Shown: positions 44,046 through 58,049 of the stretch, one piece after another | How the letters are laid out: every line of letters starts with the position of its first letter | Numbering within the stretch: the stretch's first letter is position 1 | Source of the DNA: Octopus vulgaris | Taxonomy: Eukaryota | DNA length: 64,000 nucleotides | Assembly (NCBI GenBank): GCA_951406725.2 | Contig: OX597816.1 | Location: 100,874,001 to 100,938,000 of the forward strand | Direction of reading: 5' to 3' | Translations under genes and position numbers: made by a program | The notes under the pieces: model-generated | Database searches by the model: none | What the model was told of the DNA's origin: nothing | Seen by the model: the letters and a program-made list of their open reading frames with translations, nothing else

Positions 44046-44309
44046 CTCAAATCTTAAACCCTTTGATCCCATGAGTACGGTGAGTACGCTTTAGCAGGCG
44101 CAATTTTGTTTGGTCAAAGTCTGGAAGATGTATAAGTGGATGGCCACATAGTTTTGTGTTTAGGACTCTCTAATTAGCAGAAACATTATTTTCGGTCGTA
44201 AGCGCAAAACCATGTGACTGTCGATTTTTGCGTCTTTCCAGGGTATAGTCAAACGAAATCGTGCCCACTAAAGCGTACTTGCGGGTTCAAAAAGCTTTAC
44301 GATTTGAAT
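44046..44309. mobile_element. Degenerate palindromic MITE-like element
   Basis: agtacgctttag...cacatagttttgtgtttaggac pairs with gtcgtaagcgcaaaaccatgtg...ctaaagcgtact. Confidence 0.7.
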
Positions 44310-44894
44310 CGTTGCAGGTTTGCGGTTGGGAAGAGGAATAAGTTGTAATGAGTTCCAGAGGAATGCAGTTGTAATAAAGGAGGATTTGTCTTTTTAACAC
44401 GGAAGATAGGATGTACAACCCAATGGAGAATTACACAGAGGGAGGAAACAAGTATGCGTTGAACCAAGTAATCAGGTGATTACAACAAAATTCGTGATAT
44501 AAATTCTTTGTTCAGCATCAACGATAATTTGAAACTATCTGCTTTAAAATGATAATAAAGGTTTGAGTATAGCATATATTGCCACCGCGTCATTTAATAA
44601 TATATCCATTCGTGATTGAAACGGTTACATAATTCCAGCCAAGATTATTAACTGTTCTTTGTCCTTTAATAGATAGTATTTTAATCGTCTTTAAATTATC
44701 TCACTTATTAAACTGTACATTTCTTTCAAAATTGAAGCCAAATGAAATCCTTTTGGAATCCATGATATTTACAATCGTTAACGACAATACATTTACTTTA
44801 GTCTCATACTATGCACTGAGAGTCCTTAAAATACAACAGAGCGACTAATTTACAAATAAATGATAATTACTTCCATAGGTACAAGGCTAGAAAT

Positions 44895-45040
44895 TCATTG
44901 GGAGCAGTCAGTCGATTAAATCAAAGTCAGTATTTGGCTGGAACGTTTTTTTATCAACCCTGAAAATTTACTTCGGTGAGATTTGAGAGGAATAAATATC
45001 CGCAAGGCATTTTGTCTGACACTGTAATGATACGCCCGAC
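44895..45040 (-). mobile_element. Old SINE family B fragment
   Basis: gtcgattaaatc...ttatcaaccctgaaa...ccgcaaggcattttgtc is the reverse complement of family B. Confidence 0.5.
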
Positions 45041-46485
45041 AAGCCTTCACGATATGAGAGAACTTAGGGCCAAGCCACACCTTAGCGTATGATATCGATT
45101 TTTTTCCTGAGAATCATACCTCTCCCTCATTCAGCAATTTTAGGAATATAGAATAGAGTTTTGTGATTTCAATGCATTTTCCACTGGTAGTGAACGTCGC
45201 TTAACACGGTGATTCTCAAACTGACAATTACCAGTTCCTTCTTCAAATATTAGTGGAATTTTTATTACTGAGAATAAAAAGAAATATAGTTTGCATCTAT
45301 ATAATTTCTTCTTTCTTCGCTGGGTAAGTTTAAAAAAATTAAAACTTTTTCATTTTATTAAATATGGCAGTGTGTTCCTGTTTCAATCCTCGCACTCCCC
45401 TATAAGAAACATTAGAATAATCCCTTTTCATCCCTGTCAGCAACAGCTCCCAAAATCTTCGCAGACTAGTACCAGACGATGTGATCTAACTGTACTGAGT
45501 AACAATCTAGAGTTTTCTTCATTTTCCCTCTTGAGACAAAAATATCATCAAAGACACCTCAGAATGTTCGAAACGTGATCAATCGGCAAGGTTACTTCTA
45601 CAGCATTAATCTTTGTTCTCCTTTAAAATAAGACAACTACGTGGTATCCCAATGCTGTCTGTGTAGTAGTTGGACGATGCGAGGTTTCACTCTGTAAGTT
45701 ACATTTACAATATCATTGGTTAATTAGCTAAAATATAAAGGTAACTCCGTCCAAAAGGCTACGAAGCTTACAAATAATTCCGATCGAAGAATTTAAAATC
45801 GATTTTCTACTCGGTACCAGTAATTAATAATTATTCCTAGCTCTCCATGCGTAGAGATTTAAGTAGAAAGTTGTGTTCTGAGATGGAAACTTTCCAACGG
45901 AAGCTGCTTATGAATAATTTAATGCACAGATGTACCAAATTACGTATGAAGTTCGTCTAATAAATTGGTTAAAATAAATAACAGCTTTTAAACCTGATAT
46001 ATCGTTCACCCCAAACAATAGATATGGTGTTGATTTAGTGTTCATTACCGGGAAAGTTAACCACACTGCTTGGCAGAAAGTTCGGTTTAAAAAAGAGAAT
46101 AACATTGCCACTATTAAAAACATGTACGACTGGTCAGTTATGTTTTACACAATTGCTTCACACAGAATTAATTTTTCGCTACTAAAACTGGATTGGTTGG
46201 TAGCCATTATAGTCAACTCCGTTAATATATTTCTACTGGCAGCATCACACTGACAGGCCATATGAATACATATAATAACTCACATTTATACAAATACGCA
46301 ATTATACATAAAGAAGCAGAACTTTTCATAAAGAAACACACACACATACGTATGCACATTCAAATATACGCATGCGTACATATATACACACACACACTCA
46401 ATAGATACTTGTATACAAAGATTCGTACTTGTACATATATATGACATGTATTTGACATGTACATGTATTTAACATGCAAATACAA

Positions 46486-46860
46486 GTGTAGGTGTGGCTG
46501 TGTGGAAAGAAGTTTTTTTCCTAACCACGTGGTTCCGGGTTCAGTCCCACTGCGTGGCATATTGGATGAGTTTCTTTTACTGTAGCCTCGGGCCGACCAA
46601 AGCCTTGTGAGTAGACTTCGTAGAGGGACACTGAAAGAAGCCCATTGCTTATATGTATGCATGTGTGTGAATGTATCTCTATGTTTGTCCCCCATCAGCT
46701 TGATAACTGGTTTTGATGTGTTAACGTCACTGTAACTCAGCGGTTCGGCGAAAGATACCGATAGTAAAAGTACCAAGCTTAAAAAAAGTAAGTACTGCGG
46801 TTGATTCGTTCGACTAAATTTCTTCAAAGTAGTGTCCCGGCATGGCTGAAACAAAAGAAT
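46486..46860 (+). mobile_element. SINE family A copy
   Basis: gtggctgtgtgg...ggttccgggttcagtcccactgcgtggca...cggttcggcgaaaga. Confidence 0.9.
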
Positions 46861-47566
46861 TGAAGAATAGTTCTCTTCTACAACCAATAATAAATACACC
46901 TATGAAACATTACAAATAGACAAATTGCATAGATATTGATATTTGAGAAACAAAATGGTATTTTCTGTTTTGACTAGACATTGTGTTCTATATTTTGAAG
47001 GGAAATAGGAGATTGTTCGGTTCATATTTTTCCACAGGTCATTTACAACCATAATTAAAGTGAAACTGAATTACATTCTCGGCTTGTCCTTAACTGAAAT
47101 AAACTTTAAATAGACTTAATAAATTCACCAAAAGAGTGAACGTCTAGTCAAGAGGTTGGTAGCTCGTGATTATGTAATTGAACCAGTCGTTCGAGCTGTA
47201 AATAGATACTGTAGGTTAAAACAAGTCGTTTGGTGAGCCGGCGAGGTGGGTCTAAGAGGTAGTTTCACATGCCAGAAAGAACAGGAAAAACACACAGAGT
47301 AATGAGTAACTAAGATAGGGTGGTAAGAGCTGGAAAATCTTTAATCATTGCTCAAGTCGATCAAGGTTCATCTGTGGCTAAGCAACAACAAAAATTGATC
47401 TGAAGAAACATTTTGATTGATTAAAACCAGAGATGGTGGACTGGCGAACTTTTAGATCTTTAAGAGTGGCCGGTTGAAAAACAGTTTGATTTTTCCTAAA
47501 AGTGATACAGTTTTTTTAAATATATATGTTTTCATCTATTCCTTAAATATATTTAAACATTAAATC

Positions 47567-47715
47567 GCGGCGAGTTGATACAATTATTTTGCACGCCGGC
47601 CGAAATGCTTCGCAGTATTTCGTCATTCCTTACATCCTGAGTTCCTTAGTTGGGGTCGATTAAACATAAGTTCCAGTTGGCCACTGGGATTGATGGAAAT
47701 GAATTAACTACTCCT
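47567..47715 (+). mobile_element. SINE family B copy, internally deleted
   Basis: gcggcgagttg...gcacgccggccgaaatgc...ggggtcgattaaa...cactggg. Confidence 0.7.
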
Positions 47716-47731
47716 GGGTAAGGGTATAAAA

Positions 47732-49920
47732 CAGGGCTTCTCAACGGGGGTGCATAGGCACCCCTTGGGGTACACAGGAAAATCTGAGGTGCACGAAAAA
47801 CTTTTGCGATGAATAGTCATTTTTCTCATTTTTGTTAATTTACTTTTCCCAGGTCCACTCAGAAATTTATGATATCCAGGACCACCGTTGAGAACCACTG
47901 CTGTATACTGATACCACCAAACACAAAAAGCATATCAATCTGGTCCACCGATAGATTTTGTATGGCTATGCAGTCCACAGGAGAAAACGTTTAGCATGCC
48001 TGAACGCAATGAAGACTCATTAACTAATTGAGCTTTCAAATAGCGGAGATGTTTTTCATGCGCGTCTGATTATTACATAAGAAGCAGAGTTTGCTATAAA
48101 AGTTCTCTTAAGTATTTATTCATTTTAGATGAAGAAAATGTGTACTCATCTGTCTCATCGCAAATGTACCGAGTGCAGGGATCATATCTTTTCTTATTTC
48201 ATTTATTTTAGGTTTTGGATAAACAAAGTGATACAGAAAAATGAACACGAAAAATAAAAATAAATGCAGACTTTATGATCCCGCGTATACTGCATATGGA
48301 TTTATTAAAAGTGCGCTCAACTCATCTTTACTCTATTGTCTCCTATGTTCGAATAATCTTTCCACTGACAACATGAAGCCTTGCAGATTCTTCAATCGTC
48401 TTTAAAAAGTTCACCCCAACGTTTTTCACAAGCCAAAGGAGTATTTTGAAGCATCCAGTCACGATGTTTCCTCGTCATCTTCCAAGTTGAAGGGTTTCCT
48501 TGTGGAAATAAAAACAATGTGGCCGGCCTTATCGCATCATATATGATTGCAAATCTCCTTGCAAAACAAGGTCGGCCACATATACTGGCTGAGGAGCACA
48601 TAAAACCTGCAATCTTGGAAGCTTTGGAAGTGGCAAATATTTCGAATCCAGAACATTTCGAATTGCCAGCATTCCGCTTTCTAATAGCAGCATGTCATCT
48701 CGGATTACTGACTTGGCGATTGACATCAAAACACTCCTCATCCAAGATTTGCGTAACAGCAAGTTGATGAGAATACGTTTGCAAACCAATCAGTAATCCT
48801 TACATTAGTCTGCTACATCAAGGTTTCCGCCATTTCCGAGGAGCTTCTGTTCATCAAAACAATCCTTAATCCAACTAGCAAAGCTGTCTATAACGCACTA
48901 CACGAATTCTTCCAAGAAAATTATATCAGTATAAATAATATGATATTTGTTTGCACGGATGGTGCCCTTTCTATTGTCGGGGAGACAAAAGGGCCCGTCA
49001 CCAAATTAACTGCAGAAAGATCTTTTTTTCTTTTCACTGTGTTCTCCATCGGGAGATCTTAGTTGCAAAGGATATTCGAACCCACAACCTTATTGAAATT
49101 CTGCAACTTATAGTTTCAGCTGTTATTAGAGTAAAAAAAAAACAACAACATTTCATGACAGACTCTTTAAGGAAACCTGTCAAGATGAGCATTTCTATCG
49201 GCTCCTTTATTCAATGGATATCCGATGGCTGTCCATGGGAAATAGCCTTACTCGATTTGTTTGTCTTTTTGACAAAGTGATTGAATTTTTGGAAAGTCGA
49301 GATTCACAACTCCGCATTGCGCTCCTTTAGAAAAAGTCAATGATATTATTGTAACTTCAAAGCATCTTATTGGGGGTTTCATGAAAAAACTCTTACTTTG
49401 GAAGATGCAGCTTTCTTTTTACGATTTCACCTATTTCGTCTCTTTAAAGGAACAGCTTCTTACTTCTGAGGAGCTGCTGTCATCGTGGAACACCTCGTTT
49501 TTATGCATGAAAGCTTTCAACTGCGTTTTTCAGGATCTCATTCATTTACACATCCCTTTATTTGTCGATAGATTTCATACCTTGACAATGGAGGACGTCT
49601 TCCAACAACCTGCATGTTTTCAAACAGAGCTCAGCGAGACCCTTGCTGATGAACGTTTCATCCAAATTTCCGAAGGAGACTGGTTAAAAGCATGGCTACA
49701 GTGCGAGAACAAATACCCGACTCTATCCGAAACTGTTGAGCCATTCATTATAAACCTACCTACATCAAACCTTGCCGAAAGAGGCTTTTCGTTGGTTCTG
49801 CTTTCTTATAATAAACAAAGAAGACTGCAGCTCGACAACAGTTGTGAGATTTGACTGTGACATAGGGTGCATGGGGCTCTGAAACCGAATTGCACAGCGG
49901 AAAAAGGTTGAGAAACGCTG
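47732..49920 (+). mobile_element. hAT transposon (Buster/Charlie group) with both ends
   Basis: TIRs cagggcttctcaac / gttgagaaacgctg. Perfect 8-bp TSD gtataaaa at 47724-47731 and 49921-49928. Confidence 0.95.
48241..49854 (+). pseudogene. Frameshifted Buster-type (ZBED5/ZBED8/SCAND3-like) transposase
   Basis: YGF...CLLC...NMKP (BED finger), ASYMIANLLAKQGRPHILAEEHIKPA, CTDGA, FHCVLHRE, IRWLS and LPTSNLAERGFS, split across frames. Confidence 0.9.
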
Positions 49921-50854
49921 GTATAAAATTTGCATCCCTCTGCCAAGACAAGTCGAGCCAGCGTGGCAGAGTAGACTCTCCAAACAAGTATGATCTCTTG
50001 CGGGAGAGAACATGCTGAGCCTTCGTCCTGCAGTAGATTGAACATAGGCAATCCAATCCATTTATTAAATATATTTTGTTTATTAAATATACAAAGCATC
50101 AAACGTTCAGTTTACATTTGTATTCCTTACCTGAATACATTTTGATAATTATATTTTCCGTGCATTTCATAGATGTTCTTCAATTCAGCCTAGTTTGTTT
50201 CTTAATGCAGCCTTCGATTGTATAGACAAAAGTTACACCAGTTTCTAATTGAGACAATTTCTCAACAATGCCCTTTGATAATTGCTTATTCAATAAACTG
50301 TGTTCTTAATCACTATTTATTTCTACTCTCGCAAAAAAAATAATAAAACCATTAACCTCACACAATCCAATACCTTCGTTTTTATTATTCAGAGAGGTTG
50401 CTTATGAAAGAAATCATTATAGATCGCTAAGGAATATATATGTAATATTTCTATATTTTTAATAGACTCCAGAGTGTTGCGAAAAAATAAATCTCAATAC
50501 CCCAGTCCATGTAGCTGTATGTAGGTACGATAAAAGTAGAACTGGCTTACCACTGTAAATAACGACTTCATTGTAACATTTCCGAGTGCTTCGTTGGTTT
50601 TCGGTACTGAATTCAATTTATCCTGCGGTGGTAACTGGGAGAGAAATGGACCATGTCAAGCTGACCTCTGAACATTCTAAATGAAGACATACTCTTGGGT
50701 ATTATTCCGAAAATGTTATGGATCTTGATGCTCACCTCCATATATGCATAAGCATATGATATCATCTCAACATACTTACAAAATAGTATAATCAGAATAA
50801 AAGATTTGTAGACGTCCATCAAAAATCCAGTACTTTTTCAACCTATTTCTTCTG

Positions 50855-51010
50855 TTAGGATCGTTAGGAGTAAGAATACTCAACTTCTTCCGTTGTCAGT
50901 CATAACTATTTTCTGAGATCGAAACCTACCGTAAATCGACTTTGGCCTTTCATTCCTCCGGGAAGGGGACGGGACTTAGATAAATTAAGAACTAATGATG
51001 TCCTGGATCG
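50855..51010 (+). mobile_element. Old SINE family B copy
   Basis: ttctgagatcgaaac...tcgactttggcctttcattcctccggg...gataaattaag. Confidence 0.6.
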
Positions 51011-52103
51011 AGAATATCCTTTAAACATGCTCATGGTCTTCTGACAATATTAGAAAGGAATACACAAAAGGAACTCAACCCCGATTTTAGCTGAAAAGCC
51101 AGAGATTAGAATAAAATATCTTAAAGTATTCGGTTTTGTACTAAATTTCTGGTTTCGTGTTAATAAAGCAGCTACATAACAAAACAGGTACAGCCATCGA
51201 ACCAAACTAATTTACTCCTCTCAAGAAGTATTTATAACATTAGATTGACTATGAGGTTTCTTACATTGAAATAACGCTATAGGTACGTTCTCTCACATTT
51301 TGGCATTTCGTTCTTTGTTATTAAATACACCACTGAAGTATTGTCCTCAATAAATCTTTCCTCTTGGCGTTAAAATATTCCCAGTAAATTAGAAAAAAGA
51401 AATAGTCAATTAAAATTACAAAAACCAAACAAAAAAAAAAACAATAAACAAATTAACAACACCCAACAAGTTTCTTGTGTAAACAGGCGAAGATCTGAGA
51501 GATTTTCTGAGATAAACAACATTTCAATTAAATAATGCTTTCTCCATCTTAGAAAGTTTCCAGCCTCCTTCCCCCACTCTCTCCCTTTCTCTGACTCACA
51601 CTCATTCACACTCTCTTTTTCTGCTCTCGTTTTCTCCCTTTCCCACCCTTTCTCTCACTCTCTCTTTCTTTCTCATTCCCTCTCTTTCACGTTCTTTTTC
51701 CTAATTTAATTTTCAATATTTGAGAGGTTTTATTTTCAGCTTTTCATCTAGACGTTAGTATGAGGACCGAACCTGAACAAAAATCTTTTAGTGAAAAGAC
51801 TTAATGTATTTATAGATTTCACTCCAAAACTGTTAAGGAAATGTGTTTTTATTTATTTACATTTTTGTGGGCTTGTCTATTAATGTTTTTCTTTTACTTT
51901 TCCTACCTATTTTGAAAACCGATAGCGTATACCGACTCGCAGACTAATTATTTTCCTGCCACACTTATGCTTGGGGTGGTGAAACTGTGATAAAATGGGA
52001 AGTTTTTGTCTTAGGGTACCGAGTCCACGATTACTTCATCCATTAACAATTTCTTAATTTTCTCTTTACTAGACACAAGAACAAATTTTGTAATAGAAAT
52101 ACG

Positions 52104-52134
<31 letters not shown>

Positions 52135-53715
52135 ACACATGAAATCAAGTGAGCATATACATATGTGAGTGTGTATTTTCATTGAAATTATTTATTTAAG
52201 TTCTTCATCGCAGAATTCTACCCACTTACCAATAAAGTGACTAGCATTTTTTTGTTTGAGCCTCGGCAGTTCCAGAGATTTCTGAATATGTGTGTCTTAA
52301 CTTATGCAAATATAAAAATGTACGTGTCTGATATATTTTCCTAACATAATGGGTATACATACATTTTTAGTACTCGAACGTGTGAGATTATACTTGATAT
52401 ATGTGTATGGGTCTATACTATATGCATACCATGTTATTGTATGCATACGTTCATTCCAGGAAAACCAAACCGAGAATCTTTGGAATCTTTTAAACACTCT
52501 CACTCTACGGCTGATCGATTGGATTTAGAGATACGAGTAAATTCGGTTTGTAATTTCTCGATAAACTGCAGCAATTCTAGGCTTTAATGTAAATTTGTTA
52601 TATAATGGTTACAAACGAGAATCTATAACCAGCGTACGAAAGCTGTACTTCCATCATTAGTGCTCTTTTAGCACAATATTAAACGAGTCAATCACATAAG
52701 CTGAGAAACTGACCTACACTACAACGCCTGACTTTAGTTCATCATCAGGCTATTGCAAACAAACATAAATATTGAAAAAAAAACGCATTTGGCCATATTT
52801 GGACATACCACAGTTTAACATAATAGCAACGATTGCAATAGCCGGTCTTTTGGTCAAACTATCGTATCTCTAGCTGCTTCAGATGCCAAGATATCAAAAA
52901 TTGTCAAAGTGTAGTACAACGGTTTTGTTATGGAATAGTGAAACTATTTTTTCGTTTTCTGAAAAAGCAACGTTTTGGACTTTCGACACTTTTGCATAGT
53001 AACAACGATATATATAAACTAAGAGGATACTAACCACTACCACAGGTAATCTCCTTATCAGTATAACACTTACAGGATCTTTCTCTCTCTTTTCCTCTGT
53101 TTCTTTCTTCCTGGTTCTCTCTTTCTCTCTCTCTCTCTCTCTTCCTTTCTTTGTCTCTCGTTCCTCTCCCATCTTTCCCGCGCTCTCAGGTTCTCCCATT
53201 CTCTCTCTTTCTCTCGTCCCTTCTTTGTTTGATTCTACATTTTCCAACAAAGCCCTTCTGTCTTCCTTTGTTTCTAATTTCGTTGTATCCCCACGCTTCT
53301 TTCTCATCTTGGAGCTGTTATCTGTCACCTCAGTCAATGTTCGAGGACTAACGTCCAACGTTCTCCTATCATTTCTTTCTGGTGTTATTTTATCTACAGA
53401 CACCTCTCGAATGACTTTTTTTTTATTCCTAGTTGAAATATATTCATAGTTAAATATTTTTTGTCATTTCGTCTCGTTTTTTGTTTATTATAGCCATACG
53501 AGCTGAGTTTTCGCTAAATATTTATTGTACCTAATTTTGCATACATTCTCATATACAAGTTGACGTCCTGTTCTTCGCACCATACTTCGGTATTCTGAAG
53601 CTAGCAATCCTGTTGATAACATGCAGAAATCTTGTACTTCAGTCAGATGCTGAGAGAAGGGAATGCTTTCTACGTTTGTATCTTGGCCAGTGAGTTTTAC
53701 CTACATTTAAATTTA

Positions 53716-53758
53716 TACAGACAGACTGACAGATAGATAGATAGACAGACAGATAGAC

Positions 53759-53825
<67 letters not shown>

Positions 53826-53838
53826 TAGATAGATAGAG

Positions 53839-53910
<72 letters not shown>
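53716..53910. repeat. (GATA)n/(GACA)n microsatellite
   Basis: Direct reading. Confidence 0.98.
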
Positions 53911-55957
53911 TGAGACAATGTCGATGGACCACTATAAGCTCCCCTGAATTTTAATATTGTAGGATAGTTTACGAATGATGCGATAGAGGCCAGTGCTTGT
54001 ATCGTGTCTGATGTTGCTCATCTGTTGCTTGTGGCAACAAGCATCAGGATTGAGACGCATCATTAGTGTGTCTACAAACATCAAGATTGAGACGGGAATG
54101 ATGGTCATTTGCTCTCCCTCTCTCTCTCCCTCTCTCCCTTTCTTTCTTCTCTCTATTTTCTGTCTTAATCTTCTCTGAGCATGGGGAAAGCTATTAATGT
54201 TGCTCCTTATACAAGTTCCATCTAGAGTATTAGCTTCGATCATTTTGTACCTGATTCACTGAGTGACACATAAAGAACTAAACAACTACTGGGATGAATA
54301 ACGTTAAAAATGTTTCAATGAAAATTAAATGAGAAAGAAACAAAAGGATATTTGAAGTTAATGACAGAAAATTCGAAGCGGTAAATGAAATTAAATTTTG
54401 TTAATTGTTTAGCTTAATAGAAAGAGGAAACCTTTCAATAAGACGTCTTACAACTATTGACGTGAATAAAAAAATATTGGAAACGAATGACAGTGAAAAT
54501 GTCACAAATGGAAACAGCTTTTAATCATGCAACGGAAATGAAATCTTTTTAATGAACAAAATTGCTGTGTTCAACGAAGAACTTTTTCGATAGAATTGGT
54601 CAATTTTGAAAGGTATATTATTTTAACTTTGCGAAAGGGTGTAGCATTTTCAGCTAGATCTATAAATAGAATCTATAGAAGCAGAATTAAGTAACTGTCC
54701 AAGAAAAGAAATAAATAATTGTGCAGCATTTACAAGATTTTGAAATTCCATTAGTTAATTTTGTGCGCATTACTTTGAATGTAGAAATGAACAAAATTAG
54801 TCTTACTTTAATAGGTATTATGAAATATTAAAAAAAAAACATGCGTTTCACTCATCGACATGGAATTTCAGTAATTTTATTCCTAAGACATGTTTAGCGT
54901 TTATCGTCATTAAACCTGAATTAAACTACATTTAACAGTTCTTATCATTATCAGGACACGACTCTTCGATTCGAGAAGAGAGGGAAAAAATTAGGCGGTA
55001 CAATCCTATGTATAATGTATGTAAGAACAAGCATACGTTTTAATTTAATCTCCCTTAATTTCCAACGTACCGCAGAATCTTCAACAGAAATTCAATTAGA
55101 TATTTAAAATATTTCCTAGTTCCATTACAAATTTTAATTTCAAGCGACTGTCTAATGCAATAAATTCAACTTCTGTAGTTACTTGTATCTTTGCCAGCCG
55201 TAATAAAACCATGGAATCTTAGAATTGTTGTACAGATGGAATTCTTTAACCGAACATGATTTTAAGACTCACTTATATCGGCACAGATAATGTTTTATTA
55301 ACTCAGAAAGGAAATTCTTCGAAAAATTGCCAAAATATTTGCTTTCGTTCGTGCTAGAATTTGCGAAGTTGTATAGACACAAAGGTTTTCTGCCAAAATG
55401 GAGTTGCCATTTGCTCTTAACTAAGAAACAATCTCGTAAAATTCTTTTAAACACCATTCAATATTGTCTCATTATAATACACTAAGAGGATATGTTGTAA
55501 GAATTTAGAAAATGCTGAAAAACGTTGGGACATTTAGGCATGATGGCTATGTTTCTTGTATCCATTCTTGAAAAATTTTCCAATTTTTTCCCTTCTGGTT
55601 TGTTATTATTACATTTGCAGACTTCACAGCATTGTGGTTGCAAATTTTCTTCACGCATTCACCAACATAAATGCCAAATTTTAATGCATAAACTTTTTCA
55701 ATTAATTATTTATTCTTCCCCTTTTCTTTTTCTGTAAGAGTATTTTATACCATCCTCACCCTTTCCATAGCTCTTCTTGCAAGGACTTTTTAAATTGGTG
55801 AGAGTCAATGGGTTTTTCTGTTCACAATCAAAATATATGACATTCAAATGTTTTCTGCTTGTTCTTTAATATATTGTTTTCCCTTATTCTATTTACCACG
55901 ATCGTCTGAAGAGGTGTAACTCATAATAGTAAGGGTATGTTAAGTTTCCAGCAGCAA

Positions 55958-56086
<129 letters not shown>

Positions 56087-56248
56087 GGTTATGAGAGGTA
56101 ATGCTGTCAAGAAGATCCAAAGGTGTCAGGTAATGCTGAGTAAGCGCTATGGACAGATTATAGTTAAGCTCCAGGTTCGGTGATTATGCGAATGAGGAGT
56201 CCAACGTAGGTCATATATTAGCATGCATATATATAAAAATAATTAGCC

Positions 56249-56898
56249 GAATGAGATAAAAATCCAAGGCTGCGAAAGATATCAGAACATTTATAAAGAG
56301 AAGGTCTTACAGCTGCTTCCAGTATATTTTATATATCCATTCATCGGAGACAGTGCGAAAAAATGGTTAAGCAATAGTTATTCTATAGAAAACTAGCAGT
56401 ATCGCCCGGCGTTGCTCGGGTTTGTAAGGGAAATAACTATATAAGCATTTTTAGAGAGTTACTTCCCTTATATAAAACCGAGTAAAAAATGCATTAAAAA
56501 AATGAAAAAATGATGGTAAATGTTTTTTAAATCATAGACTCATCATACACGCGCGCTAATACCCAGAAGGGCTCGATATGAATCACGACTATAAGGTACC
56601 CGCTTTTGGTTAAACTGCACCACAAAATGTGGGAGTATTTAGGAATCTAAATCGGAGTAGACAGACTCTCACACACACAACTTCAGTTTTATATATAAAG
56701 ATATCCATGCATATCTCACGTCTGTTTTCATTCCTCCACTTCACTCTCTATTTCATATCTTCTATACAATAACTATTGCTTAACCATTTTCTCGCACCGT
56801 CTTTGATGAAAGGATATATAAAATATACTGGAAGCAGCTGTAAGACCTCTTTATAAATGTTCTGAAATCTTTCACAGCCTTGGATTTTTATCTCATTC
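56249..56898. mobile_element. Inverted pair of ~145-bp arms, each with a decayed hammerhead (56304-56351 minus; 56799-56846 plus)
   Basis: gtct [C/T][C/T]GATGA ... GAAG cagctg TA agac in both arms; the arms are reverse complements. Confidence 0.8.
56393..56701 (-). mobile_element. Non-autonomous Helitron (309 bp)
   Basis: Minus: A|TCtttatatataaaa...cccgagcaacgccggg hairpin...CTAG|T, no TSD. Removing it restores the host inverted arm. Confidence 0.9.
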
Positions 56899-56900
56899 TG

Positions 56901-56977
<77 letters not shown>

Positions 56978-57048
56978 AATGTATGTATATGTATAGATAT
57001 ATACCTACACACACACACTTTCTTAATGTCCACATTTCCGTCCTTGCA

Positions 57049-57326
<278 letters not shown>

Positions 57327-57665
57327 GTTCTCAGAAACACATGTAAGTTGACGCAATTAAATAATTTGCTTTCTTAGCTTTGTTTCTATTTTCTAGGTGT
57401 ACTCCGAAAAAATCATTTAAAGACAGCTTGGGCTATAATACACGAGTTCTCTTCGTGGTTTTCACTTTCACTATATTAAGGTACATATGAAGTTTAAAAA
57501 TGTTTTAACTTCATGTTTAAAAATTAGGTTATGCAATTTCAACCGCACTTGTGCAATAACATCCACAATCCCCCATCGACGCCCGCCCCCACATATATAT
57601 AGAGAGTGCGAGATGAAAATACATATAAATATTTATATACATATATATATATATATATGTACATA

Positions 57666-57710
<45 letters not shown>

Positions 57711-57744
57711 TATATGAATGTATGCATCTATATATATATATATA

Positions 57745-57797
<53 letters not shown>

Positions 57798-57813
57798 TAT
57801 ATGAATGTATGCA

Positions 57814-57883
<70 letters not shown>

Positions 57884-58049
57884 TCTGTGCATGCATTTAT
57901 TATATACAGATATATACACACTCGTGCACACTCATAACAACCATCGCAAACACCTGACGATATATCTTACCAAAGACATATTGGCTGCTTTCTAATCACG
58001 TTTATTAATTTCATCAATATTTTCAATCAGTCCCATTCTTTTACAAAAC

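Noticed and set aside
52894-53403. 169-aa E/R/K-rich ORF
   Set aside because: Open because of a purine-rich low-complexity strand; no domain or splice support.
57645-57880. Duplicated tagtatatatgaatgtatgcatc unit within (TA)n
   Set aside because: Ordinary slippage or an assembly artefact inside a microsatellite.
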